Assembly (NCBI GenBank): GCA_000934665.2
Contig: JYFJ02004507.1
Coordinates: forward strand, 1 to 32,259
DNA from: Catajapyx aquilonaris
Taxonomy: Eukaryota
Direction: 5' to 3'
DNA length: 32,259 nucleotides
Position 1 is the first letter of the stretch. The number at the start of each line of letters is the position of its first letter. Both the position numbers and the translations under genes were made by a program. The notes under the pieces are model-generated. The model was given only the letters and a program-made list of their open reading frames with translations. It had not been told where the DNA came from and searched no databases. Shown in pieces: positions 12,218 to 25,135 of this stretch.

Positions 12218-12421
12218 AGGTGCGTTTACATGTGAGCGATTTGATCGCGCGATGTCATCACCGAGCGGTGCATCACTGAGTAACTCGAGTAACCAATATT
12301 GTTTAAATTGAAAGTAACAATCCATTTTCACCTCAAGCAATACTTGCTACTCGGGTTATTCAGCGATGCACCGCTCGGCGATGACATGGCGCAATCAAAT
12401 AGCTCACATGTAAACGCACCT
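12218..12421. mobile_element. Palindromic PIF/Harbinger-type MITE
   Basis: TIR AGGTGCGTTTACATGTGAGC with TAA TSD; self-complementary over most of its length. Confidence 0.82.
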
Positions 12422-14393
12422 TAACACATATGACTGTATGATTATGTGGTACAACTACTACAATCTCGACTACAATTCATCTGATGCACAACCTAATAAA
12501 TTGAAATTCACACCTCATGTTACTCATTGGTGTGACTTATCGTTGACAGGACTTTGGTGGGCTACTCTGCTGCAATGAAATGCTGCATCGTGGTGGACAC
12601 AGAAAGCGTAGCCCACCTGGCAGTGATATGTACAATACACTGTAAACCCAATTATCCGTGCATCTCCAAAAAATAAAATTCAAAATAAGTCTGGAAAAAC
12701 GTATCGAATTTTTGTCCCACTGCTAGATACTGCTAAGTTAGCAGTAACTAGCAGTAGGACGAAAATTCGACCCACTGTCAATATGTCTTTCCAACGAAGA
12801 AATATAATGGCATTTTTGTGATAGAGCGGACATAAAGCGACGATTATTTTTTTGTTGAATACCGCGTTTTATCACACCAATCGGATGCTCAACATCTCTA
12901 ATAAGCAATGCCAACCTTAAAACTGCCCAGTGTTGCTGTTCTTTGCCACCAGCTGCTCATACTTTCAACTGTGCGCGCCGGCGGCCTTTTGGGGTCTCGG
13001 CACGGCTTTTGGCGCCTCTCTAAGCATTGCCATTCATTCGATCACTTCTCAAGCATGTCTGTTGGATGCAGCTTGATGTCCTCTTTCGATTGATGTGCTT
13101 AAATTGTCGGAGGGTGATCTCGGTATGCGTCAGTTTCACTAACTAACCATAGTCATCGGAAAGCTTTGGTTCGTTACCAAAAATTACAAAAAATTCCCGT
13201 ACGCACCTTATACCAATGATTTGGAATGTCAAACTTGCAAACCTACGTGGGAGTCATGCAATACAGCAGTGTGCAAAGATTCAGCCCAATACCATACCTT
13301 CATGTATTTATTTGGATGGTAACGAACCAAAGCAACCACCTGCCTCAGATCGCGCTCCATCCGATCTCGGCTGCCAGCTCACAACAGCAACTCAAGAAAA
13401 TGCAGAAATTTTTATGTATTGGTTTTCAATAGCGCTGATTTCAGATCCGATGTCAAAAATTTAAAATTTTAAATGGCAGATCCAATATGGCAGACAGCAT
13501 GTGCGAGAATTGGACAGATATACAGTATTAGCTTCGAAATTAGTTTACGGGGGCTTTAGAGGGCTCTACTTTCAAATTCGATGTAAAAAGTTACAAATCT
13601 AAGTGGCGTGATTTGTTATCCGCTACAGACGATTTTTTTTAGGAGGAACCGAGAGGGATACAGCTCCAGAGGAGGACCCGTACTATTCTATGGTTCTTAT
13701 TTATGATGCTGAAAACAAATTTTCATGAATCCCTCAGGATATGAACAGTTGCCTCTATTTACAATGCCGCTGCAAGATGGGTGGTCCGGAAGTTAATTGT
13801 CTCTAGCGGTCAAGGTGGCAGGTGGTGGCAGCTATAGTCTTTGGTTCTTCCCAGTCATGAGAGCTTCCCGCTTTTTATAGGCAGTAAATTTAAAAAATTG
13901 CATTTATCTGCATATTTGCAGGTCTGAATTTAGTGGAAAATTGACTGATATGAGCCATTTTCAATTACTTTCATTTATAGTCTTAGTAAATTTTTATAGA
14001 GGATCACATTATGACTCCTTATACATACATATTCAAGACTGTGATATACAGTGAAACCTGTGTATAGCGGAATCGCATGGGACCCAAAAAAAAAATCCAT
14101 TATGAACAAGTTTCCGCTCGAGAAAGAGAGGAAAATGGGGAGAGCAAAAATAAGCACCTTACCTCAATATGGTGCAAAATCATAATTTTGTCCACTCCAT
14201 TGGACCACCATCCCGGACTCAGGCAATATGTTGAACCCGTGTCAACCCCCTTCCTCTTCCCTACATTTAAAACTGCACTGACCTGTGATCTAAAAGGCAC
14301 CTACGAATCACATGAGTCACTTCTTCTTGACTCGTCCCACAAGCAGTTTTTGAGTGTCCCAACCAGCCCCCGGCACTACCTCTACGTTCTTAT

Positions 14394-14709
14394 CTTATCG
14401 CCTGCCACAGCGTTTTGTATGAGGTGCTCACCTGAGAGCGCCACGAGACCTTTCACTGCACAAGACCATGCACTGCACCGCACTGCACTATTAAGTGGCG
14501 ATCCTACCAGACTTCGCTGACATTGCGCTACATTGGGGGACCCAATATGGCCACCGGCGGCCATGTTGGGTCTCCCAATGTAGCGGCTTCCCTTTTGTAC
14601 CTATAAAGTTCAGCATAGTCCGGTAGGGTCGCTACATAAGAGTGCAGTGAAAGGTCTCATGGCGCTCTCAGGTGAGCACCTCATGCAAAACGCCCCGGCA
14701 GGGGGTAAG
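14394..14709. repeat. Foldback palindrome (MITE core)
   Basis: Arms atgaggtgctcacctgagagcgcca.gagacctttcactgcac and its reverse complement, plus a central hairpin gctacattggg...cccaatgtagc; ends and TSD not resolved. Confidence 0.65.
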
Positions 14710-14879
14710 TGGGAGTGTCCAGACCTTAGTATTCTATGACCATGGTCCCAACCAAAAATAGGCCCCTTTCCTCACCCTTTATCTTCAAGGCCACGGGCAG
14801 TCCAAAAAGGGTTACTCAGAGGCTCCTGAGAGCGCCGATAGGGAACTCAGCTGTAGTTTCTATTTTTGTGTCCTGTAGG

Positions 14880-14948
14880 CAGAGCCGGCCTTAGGGGTGG
14901 GCAGTCCGGGCGACCGCCCGGAGCCCCGCGCTTCTGGGGGGCCCCGCG

Positions 14949-14995
<47 letters not shown>

Positions 14996-15346
14996 AGACA
15001 GAGAGAGCGAGCGAGCTCTCATAAAATAAGTCAAGAGTTAATGACATTTTGAACGAGTATTTCATCAATACACATCCATTCAAATCTACTACATTCAACT
15101 AAGCTCGTGTGACCTTGAACTTCAAAAAAATTTCGCCTGCGGCGGGCTTGCTCCCCTCCCTCTACTGCTTATGGGCCCGCACCCTTAAACTTTCTGTCTA
15201 CACCCCTCAGTTGTACGTTATTATAGAAAGTCAGCCAACAAAACTGTTGGATACGCAATTCGTGTTGTACAGAAATTCACTCACGGAGAATAGGCCCCGC
15301 ATTTAGTTCTTGCCCTAGGCCCCGCACCCACCTAGGGCCGGCCCTG
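14880..15346. mobile_element. hAT-type MITE containing a (GA)n tract
   Basis: TIR CAG.GCCGGCC with exact 8-bp TSD CCTGTAGG; (GA)n at ~14951-15006. Confidence 0.85.
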
Positions 15347-17539
15347 CCTGTAGGAGATAATGTGAACCTTTTGATTTCCGTTATGAACAGGGATTATCTT
15401 TGAAGGGAGACAAAAATCCCTTCCGTTTCCGCGTTGGGCAGGTTCCGTTATATCTGTCAAAAAATACATTGAATGCCCTATGCATGTGCCCATCCCTTCC
15501 TATAATTTCAAATGGTAACATGTCTGTGGTACTGATGAACTTCCTTGTCTTTCATTGCCAGAGATCATTTTTGTACTTACGAGTCAAATTGTAATTTGCT
15601 GTTATAAATTTTTGAATAAACATTTATTAAACTGTTATCCCTCTAGTCTGTTCATAACTTCATTGATGTGTCTGTGTCAGCCTGGTCCCCAAAAACTGGT
15701 GTGAAGGCACGCAGCACCCTTTTCATACTGGGTTACATCCAATATACACAATCAACACGGCATAGTCCCATGATGAGGTAGTCAGCGATGACCAGTTCAT
15801 ACGACCCAGCCATCTCAATCGACCAATACATGAGAATCCTCTGATTACTGGTCAGGTGTCCTGATGTGTCTCGTTTTAATTATGTACGTACTGAAGTGGT
15901 AAAACAGCTCACAAATACTACCCATGAAAAGGTTCTGAACAGGAAAATCGCACGCCTTGGTTTTTTTTCTTGGTTCATTACCGAGAGTTTTGTTGCGCTA
16001 CGATGCAAAGAAAAGCAGATACTGGTACGGCAAGGTGACCAATGGATTCCTCACACTTTTCCTCTCTAGAGCATCTCTATACTGCCATCACAACCACTTA
16101 GAATTCGCAGAGTTATTACGCAATGTAACCCGGTGCAGAAATGCTGTCCTCAAAACTTTCCACAAATATTTCAAGTGCTGACATGATGTCCACAAATGAA
16201 AATTAAATGCAATTCAATGTTATTTTATTTCAACGATCAATTAAATTAAATAATTTTAAAAATAATGGTTCATTACCGTGTTTGTTCTTACTCCTCTGGC
16301 GCTATCAAATGATATATTTGTGTCGGATTTGAGGCAAAATGCAGCCCTCTGTACATGGAACTCGATATAAAAAAAACAGAATCCCCAAAGGTTTTCCACA
16401 AGCACGGAAAATCACAAAGAAAGCTTTAAAAAATCGTCCTAACCTTGGTTCGTTACCGCAAAAAATGCCCAATAACAGACTTTTTCTAGAAGACAAAATA
16501 AAAATATATGGTAAGTGTAATTATTTTGATTCAACCAAGCAGGATACACTTTGTACAGTAGTACATTAAAAACCTGGGAATAGCTTATGTTTTATGATGC
16601 CTAGGACCATATTCCCATTATTCCGATTATCCGGCAACACCTGTGCAGTCATCAGCCCGGATAATCGGGACTATACACAGTGTATATGGAACTGTGGATG
16701 GAGTCAGAGCCGGCTGGAGTCCACACAGAATGTCACTATGGAAGTCCCTGCATCACACTTTGCCAGGCAGCCTACACAGTAGAGAAGGAGTAGTAGTGAA
16801 TAGCACCTTCGTCCGGCCTTGCATAGTGCTGGAACTGTGGTTAGGACAAGAGGCGACGTTGTACACGTCCTAGTTCGGAGGCATCTCTCGGGTTCAGCAC
16901 TGTCCTGCAATGAGTGTGGTTAGCACTATTTGTGCGTAATTAACCAGACACACAGCAGCCAACCGGTAATGCAAGTGACAGCAACTACAAGTTTCAACTT
17001 TCAATGTTCAAGCTCCCTCATGAACAATGAAATGAATGTCCAAGCAAATCAAAATATACCGTAACTATTCAATCAAATCATAAAACTAGGAGATATGATC
17101 ATAATTGCGTGTTAAATTTTCAGAAGTTATTAAATATAAATTGTCAGCAGTTATTAAATAGAAATTTTGGCAAAAGTTTGTGCGAAGTAGATGTCCCCAG
17201 TTCACTGCTATTTTGATTTGACTGTACGTAACCGCTGAAAATTACTCTCCATCTCCTCGGTCGTAGGAGTTGTAGGTTGGCGTCGTTGTGTTGGACTTTT
17301 CTCTGCTGGATTTTCCTCTCAGGTCAAAGGTCACGGGCTTCTGGCAGGTCCAGGGTCACCTGGTGGGCTTGCCCTTGCCCTTGGTGCTGCTTGGTCTGCT
17401 TAGCCGTACCAGGTAAACACCGTCATGTAACGAGCCCGCCGCAGTGTATTCCAAACTGAAAATTATTAAATGTTATATTAATATAAACCTCGTGATAGGC
17501 CCACGGGCTAGGGAGGTTCCCAAGAGTGGGCGCTCTTAA

Positions 17540-19379
17540 CCTCCTGAGACCCGAGAAGAATTGAGTAACGCAATATCAGTTCCTATTGCATTTTCTGAAC
17601 ATTTTCCCAATAAGAAACGAGAAAAAAAAATTTAGTTTTAAAATATCGACAAAAATGGTGACAAACAACCAATGAGAACATTGGCATTCATTTGCTGCTA
17701 CAGAAGCAGAACGGATGAAAGCTGAAAATTGAAATACCCCTTAATGGATCACTCACGTAGTGCTCTATCCTCAAAACAATGTTTTTTAAAATTCATTTGT
17801 GGAATTCGTGGTAGCAATTCCTCTCAGAAGACAATTATAGATAAATGAAATTATTTTTGAACGCCACCACTCCAGGCATGGGGCTTGCTCCTTCCCTTCT
17901 TACCCGCTAAAGTGGTAGGGGAGACCGGGGCACAGTGGACCACTTTTGCACATTTGAATTTTTATATACCTACCTGTTATACCTACACACCCAATATTTT
18001 CAGGCATGGTGGAGATACTCATTGGTAATATAAGTCACTACTATATTCACAGGCAGTGCCATCCTTTTGGCTTTAAAAAAAATTAAAAGCGACCCCCTGC
18101 AAATGGTCCACTGTACCCCGATAGGTGGGGCACAGTGGTCCGGAAGTGATTGGGACCCCTAATTCACACAAGAAGTTCATTATCATTGCCTAACTTTTTT
18201 TTTTTTTACAGCTGCTCATTTTGAGGACTGTGTTAACATAGCAGTTTTGACCCTTTTTTCTACCTAATTCACATTTTAAAAATCATTGTCTCACTTTTTT
18301 TTGACAGTTGTTGATTTGGAGGGTGGTTTGTCAAAATCACAGTTTTGCCCTTTTTCTACCTAATTCAAATTTTTAAATAATTGTCTCACATATTTTTTTA
18401 CAGCTGTTCATTTCGGGACACAGTGTGCATTTCGGGGCACAGTGGTACATGGACCACTGTGCCCCGCAAACGACAGGACCACTGTGCCCCGGCCAGCAGC
18501 AACTGACATAATGCTATGATTGTAACTTCGATTGCAAGTTAGGCTTACCAAACTTCCGGTATTCACGGACAAAGGGCGGCACTATTCCACAAGATTTTTA
18601 TATCAGGCTCATGCCCAACATCTACGCCTGAAGTGGCATTTAAACTGTGGGTTAGTAATTTACTTCACTTATCTTCAAATCGATTTCGCTGGATATCTAT
18701 CGATCGATCGATCGCTAGCCGTTGCCAGCCATGTTGGCAGGAGCATGGCAGTGACTTGTTTCACGAGGTACCAGATGAAAAAAATTTGGCGGCTTTTTCG
18801 ATTTTTTAAATGGAAAGGTCCACTGTGCCCCGTGGTCCACTGTGCCCCAGTCTCCCCTACCTTGCTATTCTAGATTTCAAAACTGAACTGCATAGTGAAA
18901 AGCGCACTTCCTTATGGGTGTATAGGTACAGGCACTTAAAGAAAAGTCACACCCATTCAGCTAAAAAAAATAAAAATAGGATGTCCATTCAAATGGACAT
19001 TTTGTCTCAGGAAGAAAAGAAAATTACCAGATCTCTACAGAAACAAAGATCGTCACAGACAATTTTTTTCGTATTTCCTAATGCACATTCCTTGCGAATC
19101 CCAGGACATTCCCTACATTGACGAAAATCGCACTCTAAATATGAGGAAAAAAATAAAACTTATCAGATGAGCGCCTTGCTTCAGCAGCGGCATCCGCCAT
19201 TTTTTCCGCGATTTAATTTTCGCGGCCCAAGTCCGATATTCGACACTAGGTGGCTACAGCTATTGAGGCCAGATTGTAACCATGTGATACCAACACATTA
19301 CAGTTCTGTTGGCATCACTAGTTGGCACCAAAAAAACTTTTCCAGATGTCCAGTATACTGGACGCCGGGTCTCAGGAGG
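17540..19379. mobile_element. piggyBac-like non-autonomous element
   Basis: TIR CCTCCTGAGACCCG with TTAA on both sides. Confidence 0.8.
17918..18857. mobile_element. pogo/Tc1-mariner-type MITE nested in the piggyBac-like element
   Basis: TIR GGGGAGAC.GGGGCACAGTGGACCAC flanked by TA; several internal copies of ggggcacagtgg/ccactgtgcccc. Confidence 0.75.
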
Positions 19380-19383
19380 TTAA

Positions 19384-19584
19384 AGAGTTTCTGGTCATTT
19401 CTGACCCTCTTAAATACCAGACCTTTTCTCTTGGCCCTGGACAGAGATTGGGAGTGCAAGTCTGCCCGGACATGTGGGGTGAAAAATGGAAAAATACCCG
19501 CCCAAGTGAAGGTGTCAGGATTTGAACCCCAGACCTCCTGCTTGGCTGGCCAGTAGAGTAGCCACTAGACCACCATGGCCCCCC
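19384..19584 (-). mobile_element. tRNA-derived SINE (5' part)
   Basis: Minus-strand A box TGGTCTAGTGG and B box GGTTCAAATCC followed by a non-tRNA body. Confidence 0.75.
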
Positions 19585-19809
19585 ACAAATCAATCATTTA
19601 AAAATAGCAGTGGAACCCGTTCGGCCTGTTTCCATGGTAGTGTAATAACCAACAATCAATCATTGTTCTTCATGCAATGGTAACCCCGGTTGCCATGGAC
19701 AAACAAACAACCTTTCCCATATATGTAACATTGATGCTTCTCAAGCAGTGAAATAATGTTTCAAGTATAACATCAGATGGTATTGTAGCATTGGAGGGTA
19801 CAATTTTAA

Positions 19810-20312
19810 AGGGACACTCCACTCAAAATACAAGTTGATCTGTAAAAATCAGGCAAAAAATCCTGATTCCGGTGATACCATCCGTTTATCTCTGAGACGA
19901 ACGGTAATGTCAGGGGAAGAGGCGAAAGTCGGAAAAAATTCGAGGTCTGTTCGAGAGTGGCGCCGCCTGGTCACCTGGCCAAGTTAGGCGACGTTGGATA
20001 GTAGCGCCGCCCTTCCCAACGGGCACTAGGGGAAGTTGGCTTCGGACACAACCAGATCCCCACGGATCCCCATACCCGCAGGCAACTTATCCAAGTCGCC
20101 GTTGGGAAGGGCGGCGCTACTATCCAACGTCACCCTTGGGGTGGCATCGCCACCTGCACCGGGCCCGTTTGAGCGCGGTTTTCGAACGACACACTTCCAG
20201 CTTTCGCCCTGGCCTTACCGTTCGTCTCTCAGAAAAACTGCTTATACCCTCGGAGTCAGGATTTTTTGCCCGATTTTTAGAGCCCAACTTGTATTTTGAG
20301 TGGAGTGTCCCT
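19810..20312. mobile_element. Kolobok-type MITE
   Basis: 28-bp TIR AGGGACACTCCACTCAAAATACAAGTTG with purine-purine terminus and TTAA TSD; internally palindromic. Confidence 0.8.
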
Positions 20313-20647
20313 TTAACAATTCTGACAAATGTGTGAGCTATAACAGGTTCAGTATGGAAAGGTTGATTTTGAAGTATAATTTTTACAAAACAAATTAATT
20401 TTTTATTTGATAACCACAAGTACATGGTTAGCTAATTCTACAATAAAAAAATAAATAAAAAATAATAAAAACATCCTTACATGTGTTAGTTGTGGTTTGC
20501 AAGCTATGGCGTGTCGAACCGACCAAGGTATAATGTTACTAAAATTCACTTTGCAGGCTCAGTGGTAATTATCTGCAACACTTAGCACCACTTTTATACC
20601 TCATTTGTGAAGAGAAAAGAAAAGGCTTTAATTTGATACCAAAATTA

Positions 20648-20845
20648 GGGTGAAGTGGGGGAAGTGCACACCCGGGGTAAGTGCACATATTGTGCCGCCA
20701 TATTGGAATGAAAATGGCTGACAACACCAAAACGTGTCAGCTATGTAGCTGAACAGTGCAGCTACATAGCTGACGCGTTTTGGTGTCGTCAGCCATTTTC
20801 ATTCCAATATGGTGGCACAATATGTGCACTTCCCCCACTTCACCC
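20648..20845. mobile_element. Palindromic MITE with TA TSD
   Basis: TIR GGGTGAAGTGGGGGAAGTGCACA; near-perfect hairpin across the whole element. Confidence 0.8.
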
Positions 20846-20875
20846 TAACTGAATCTGTAAAAAAATTAGGAAATA

Positions 20876-22584
20876 CTTGCCCCACACCAATGAAGTTCGC
20901 CTAGCACGAAAATCACCTGCAAGTCGATGTTACAAATACAAATTACATGAGAAGCAATCATGTTTTAATCACACGACTTATATGCTAATGAGCCACATGG
21001 AAGACCAATGTTGGGGCGAGATATCAATACATTTGTCAGTGGAACAAGAAGAATAGGACAGTGTTTTTTAGCGGACTGGGGGCAATGGAGTTCGCCCAGA
21101 GCACTAAACAGGCCACAAAGTTCGCCCACTGTTAAATACAGACTGATGCAGTTGTGCCAGATGGGGAAAAAAAGTGCAGGTCTCTTGCCCTGTGCCACAA
21201 TGCCATTACTCATTGCACTCTGTGTCTGAAAATAACAATCACGGGAGGTGGTAAGCCCATTCCTCCGGAGGTATGCAAGGTGATATGGAAGAGCTCTGAA
21301 GAAGGAAAGTCTGCGCATGTGGTTGGACAAGAAGGGTATGTGCCATGCTCCATGGTAAGGGGCATCACATGAAGTAACAAAACTACAAGAACCATCCAGA
21401 AAAACCTTATTATGGATGTCACCAGGCAACAGCAGCAAGGAAAAACTGTGAGCTGAAAAAAATGTGTCGCAAAATTGGCGAAAGCAGCAGCAACCATCAA
21501 TTTCAAAATGGTCCGAGGTGACCCAAAAGGTGGTCCCCACAATAACCTAGGTCGACTCTGCATCCATATCTTTATGCGTAACTTCTCAAAGACTAACGGG
21601 GAATTCATGAAATCAGGACCTGCCCTCTTGACAATAGGCCAAGAAGAAACCACTCTTGATGGCATTGGAACAGGAAAAAGACTTGCTTGGGAGAAGGAAT
21701 GGACGCACTGGGCACATCAGATGTGGAATTAGTCAAGTTTCGCGATGAATTAGTAAGTGCAGGAACATCCACGTTACCCTTACGATTGTTTACTCCCGAG
21801 CCCTTCAATTGAGTACTGCAAACAAAGGAAGAGGCGTACCATCCCAATGTCTAACTAGAACCGTCAAACATGCACACAGTCTTATGGTGTGGGAATACAT
21901 GGGTAGTGTTGGCCTTGGCAACTTTCACGGCATCAATGGCACCATCGATACAGGCATGTTTCAGGAGATTTTGAGAGACCATCCGCTGTGTGCGCCCTCA
22001 ATAGCAACCTTACATCCGAATGTCAACGCAATATTTCAACAGGAATTTGCATCTTACCAAAACAGCGGAAGCAAGTGGCTGGCAGACAAGGAGATTGACA
22101 TTATACGTGGCCATCGAGCACCCTGGACCTCAATCCGATTGAGACAGACTGGAAAATCATGAAGAAGGTACTTTAGAGGAATCATTGTTGCACCAAGGCA
22201 TCCCTTGAGGGACAAACTACGGGAGGTTTGGGACACCATAGGTCCAGCCGAGTGCCTGAGCTCATTCAACACATATCTTGTTGTGTGGAGGCCGTCATTG
22301 CTGCCCATGGCGATGTCACAGTCTGCTTCTAGGCGAACTTCGTGTTGCGTTTAGCGCTCTGGGCGAACTCCACTGCCCCCAGCACGCTAAATAAATACCG
22401 TCCTATTCTTCTTGTTCCAATGACAAATGCAGTGACATCTCGCCCCAACATTGCTCTTCCATGTGGCTCATTAGCATATAAGTTGTGCAATTAAAACATG
22501 ATTCATTCTCAAGTTATTTCGTATTTGTCCCATCGACATGCAGGTGATTTTCATGCTAGGTGAACTTCATTGGTGTTGGCCAAG
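20876..22584 (+). mobile_element. Full-length degenerate Tc1 transposon with long IR/DR-type TIRs
   Basis: ~250-bp TIRs with internal agttcgcc repeats and TA TSD. Frameshifted transposase at ~21162-22320 with MGKKS, VKFRDE, TVKHAHSLMVW, INGTIDTGMFQEIL, IFQQ and DLNPI motifs. Confidence 0.92.
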
Positions 22585-23123
22585 TACAAGGATTTTTCTA
22601 AACTGATGCAGAAAATGTGACAGCCTAAATCACGACAAAATGGCCATTTTCAAAGATTTCTCCTGAACCCAATTTTGGCCCCAAAAAATTGGGCTACGCT
22701 ACAGTTTATCTGCACCTTAGCAATGAGGGTGGGGTTGGGGGACGGGATGGCCTGCCGACAGTTAGCAACGGTGCGTCACCAACAATGAATAGTCAGGTGA
22801 GAATGAAAGGTGCATTGCTACCCCTGCCACGAACTGATCACGTACATAAATGGGACTGTTACATAGAAGGGCGAAAAAAAATTTGTTCGATTATGTCGAT
22901 TATGCTTATTAAAATTCAATACTTGTCGAACGTTGGGCAAAAATAAACAAACTCACATCCGGCCTGGGGATGGGGTCTTCCCATCGTTGAATCAGTCTAT
23001 TGCTCACCTTCGTATCAGTTACGTTCCCTTTCCTTTTCATACCACAAAAACCATATTTTTAAAGTATGGAACCACTGTGCCCATTTCCCTACTGTCGAGA
23101 CTGGTGTGAGGTTGATCCTACTG

Positions 23124-23476
23124 TAATAATAATAATTATAATAATAATTGTGGGTAATGCTTTCACCCCCAACCGGGGGTATATCGCATGAACCTTTATT
23201 TATTTTTGTTCAAGTTTCGTAACTCAACTTAGGTGCAAGGAATCAAGGAAATTGGGTAAGGATAGGGATTTTCGAGGAGGGAACATGGGTGCAAGTGCAA
23301 TGTCTGAAAATGGGTCATGTGCTGTTCCCCAGGAGGTTAGGTTGCCAGACACCTCTTGGTGCAGGTCAGAGACCCTCCTGACGCAGGTGAAAGGAAAGTT
23401 CCCCAGGCGGGGATCGAACCTGGGGCCTTTCACACAGCAAGCCGAGACGTTACCATCTCGGCCACCACACCTCCCC
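23124..23476 (-). mobile_element. tRNA-derived SINE with (ATT)n tail
   Basis: A box TGGCCGAGATGG, B box GGTTCGATCCC; 3' hairpin acccccggttgggggt and simple-repeat tail at 23124-23149. Confidence 0.8.
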
Positions 23477-23549
23477 AATCCTACTGTATATTTTATATTA
23501 GATCTTTTTGGGATCTGTGTGGTCAGATTTGGAGGTGATTAAGTGGATG

Positions 23550-24122
23550 GAATAGCCCTTTGTCTTGGTGATGCTGTATGGATTTTTGTTACCACAACAG
23601 TACTGTCCTTTGTTGTGGCCCTGCCAGGCACAGTTCGTCGCCCGTGTGTGATGTTTTTAGTTAATGCAGGGCTGGGCGCTTATGATAGGTTTGCAACAAT
23701 GTGCAGCATTGTGCACCGCAGGCCAACGAACGTATTTGTGGCTTTGCCAAGCACGAACTTCACTTCACACAGTTCGTTAAACCAACGAATGACATGACGC
23801 CACGTTCCACCTGCCTCCACCCAGCTCTCCCCTTCAATCATGTCCACAACTCACTCTGCAGGCATACTACTGCACATGCTCAGAAAACACGGCTGGTGTG
23901 ACATCAAGTCGTTCTTTGGGTTAACGGACTGCAGCAACCCTCGTGGCTTCCAAATTTTCCACCTCCTTCATTAAGACCGGAGTCCCAGCATGCATCTGAT
24001 CAGTTCGCATGGCAGGGGTAAGAAGACGCCCTTTGTTGAGCTCTCCTGGCAACCGAATGTTTGCGACACGTTGCCAACAGTCAGGAGCCCACCATGCCCT
24101 TCCAACCCTGCCCGTCACTAAG
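23550..24122 (+). pseudogene. Degenerate upstream exon with remnants of one or two THAP domains
   Basis: Across frameshifts: CCMDFCYHNS...QGWALMIG...ERICG..KHELHFTQF...LHPALP, then DCSN...IFHL...CLRH...HALPTL. Confidence 0.45.
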
Positions 24123-24389
24123 GTCTGAATAAAGGATAGACTTTCCAAATATTGAAAAAAACATTTGATGTTATCTCATAAGTAGCTGCTCATGTTAAAA
24201 AGTTGAAGCATAACTGAGACATGACAGCATGGTTGAACATTAAAATCAGGTGATCTGGCGTGGAATGACCTATGGGCAGGAAGTACCAGACCAATTAAAA
24301 TTTTACTGACATTTCTTCTTCTTTTTTTCAAGCATTCAAGAATCTGACGCAAGACTTGGTAGGGTGTGCAAATAACCTTCCAGCCCAAG

Positions 24390-24654
24390 ATGCCTCCCAA
24401 AGGCGAAGATTTTTGCTGTATTTTCTCCTGTCCCAACAACAGTCCAACTGTGCCAAGGAGTAAGTCAACGTACTTCTTCCCGTTTCCGGCCCATCCCAAG
24501 ATCAGAATAATGTGGATGCAGGCCATACTTAAGCCCAACCACTTCAAGGTGTGCTCTAGACACTTTCATTATGACGATATCGCCATGCCGGATGGTCCAG
24601 GAGCAGGCGCAGAGCTCCATCAGGATGCCATTCCAGTGTTCTGCCTGCCACAAG
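24390..24654 (+). CDS. THAP-domain gene, THAP exon
   Basis: C2CH THAP signature CCIFSCPNN...YFFPFP...MWMQAI...VCSRHF...LHQDAIPVF; acceptor ccttccag|24384 and donor caag|gtatcc (phase 1). Confidence 0.88.
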
Positions 24655-24776
24655 GTATCCTCAGCCTGCTCCTTTGAGTGTATTGAGATCTTCAATCCTT
24701 CTTCATACAGTTATGATAATAGCATGAGATTGGTGTGTAATGTCTTGTAAAGGTAATTAAAAATGTGTCCTTCCAG

Positions 24777-24866
24777 TGGGTCAGACCAAAGGAAACGTGT
24801 CATTGCCGTCTCCGAGTGATTCAGCGAAGCGGAGGTCCAGCCAGTCCACAGTGTCATCCAGGACTG
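24777..24866 (+). CDS. THAP gene, linker exon 2
   Basis: gtccttccag acceptor and gtgaga donor; 90 nt, phase 1-1, open frame VGQTKGNVSLPSPSDSAKRR... Confidence 0.75.
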
Positions 24867-25135
24867 GTGAGAAGTTGATGCCTGCGTCTGCTGGTGTCTT
24901 GGGCAGCTCTACATTTTCCCGTCATTATGGTAATTTCAAACATAAGAAAGCAATGTTCTTAGCAAATAATGGACACCGTATTGTCTATTATAGATATCCA
25001 TTCTTGGTGATTACACCTGGTGTGTCCGATTAAGCTCGCAACTGCATCAGTGAACATGAAAAACAATACATTGTGCAAATTTTAGTTTAATGGATACTGC
25101 ACTATTGGAAAGTAATTAGTCATTTTAATTTTCAG

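Larger units (their letters stand above)
10363..16184 (-). pseudogene. Decayed multi-exon gene with repeated LSGCxG (UBA/CUE-like) motifs
   Basis: Candidate ATG at 16184 (MSALEIFVESF), polypyrimidine-AG acceptors near 11878 and 10411, donor CAG|GTGAG near 11558. Three LSGCxG motifs (16081-16104, 11789-11812, 10363-10386). Many stops and frameshifts; identity uncertain. Confidence 0.35.

Noticed and set aside
17323..17412. Plus-strand exon-like segment (ctctcag...gtaaac)
   Set aside because: No recognisable protein and no supported link to the THAP gene; it could be a non-coding 5' exon but this is unsupported.
18410..18490. CRISPR-like short repeats (ggggcacagtgg / ccactgtgcccc)
   Set aside because: Mixed orientation and irregular spacing, and they match the host MITE's TIR; eukaryotic context with no cas genes.
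19810..24654. THAP gene as part of an autonomous Kolobok or P element
   Set aside because: No DDE catalytic domain and no TIRs enclosing the gene; the Kolobok MITE is a self-contained insertion.
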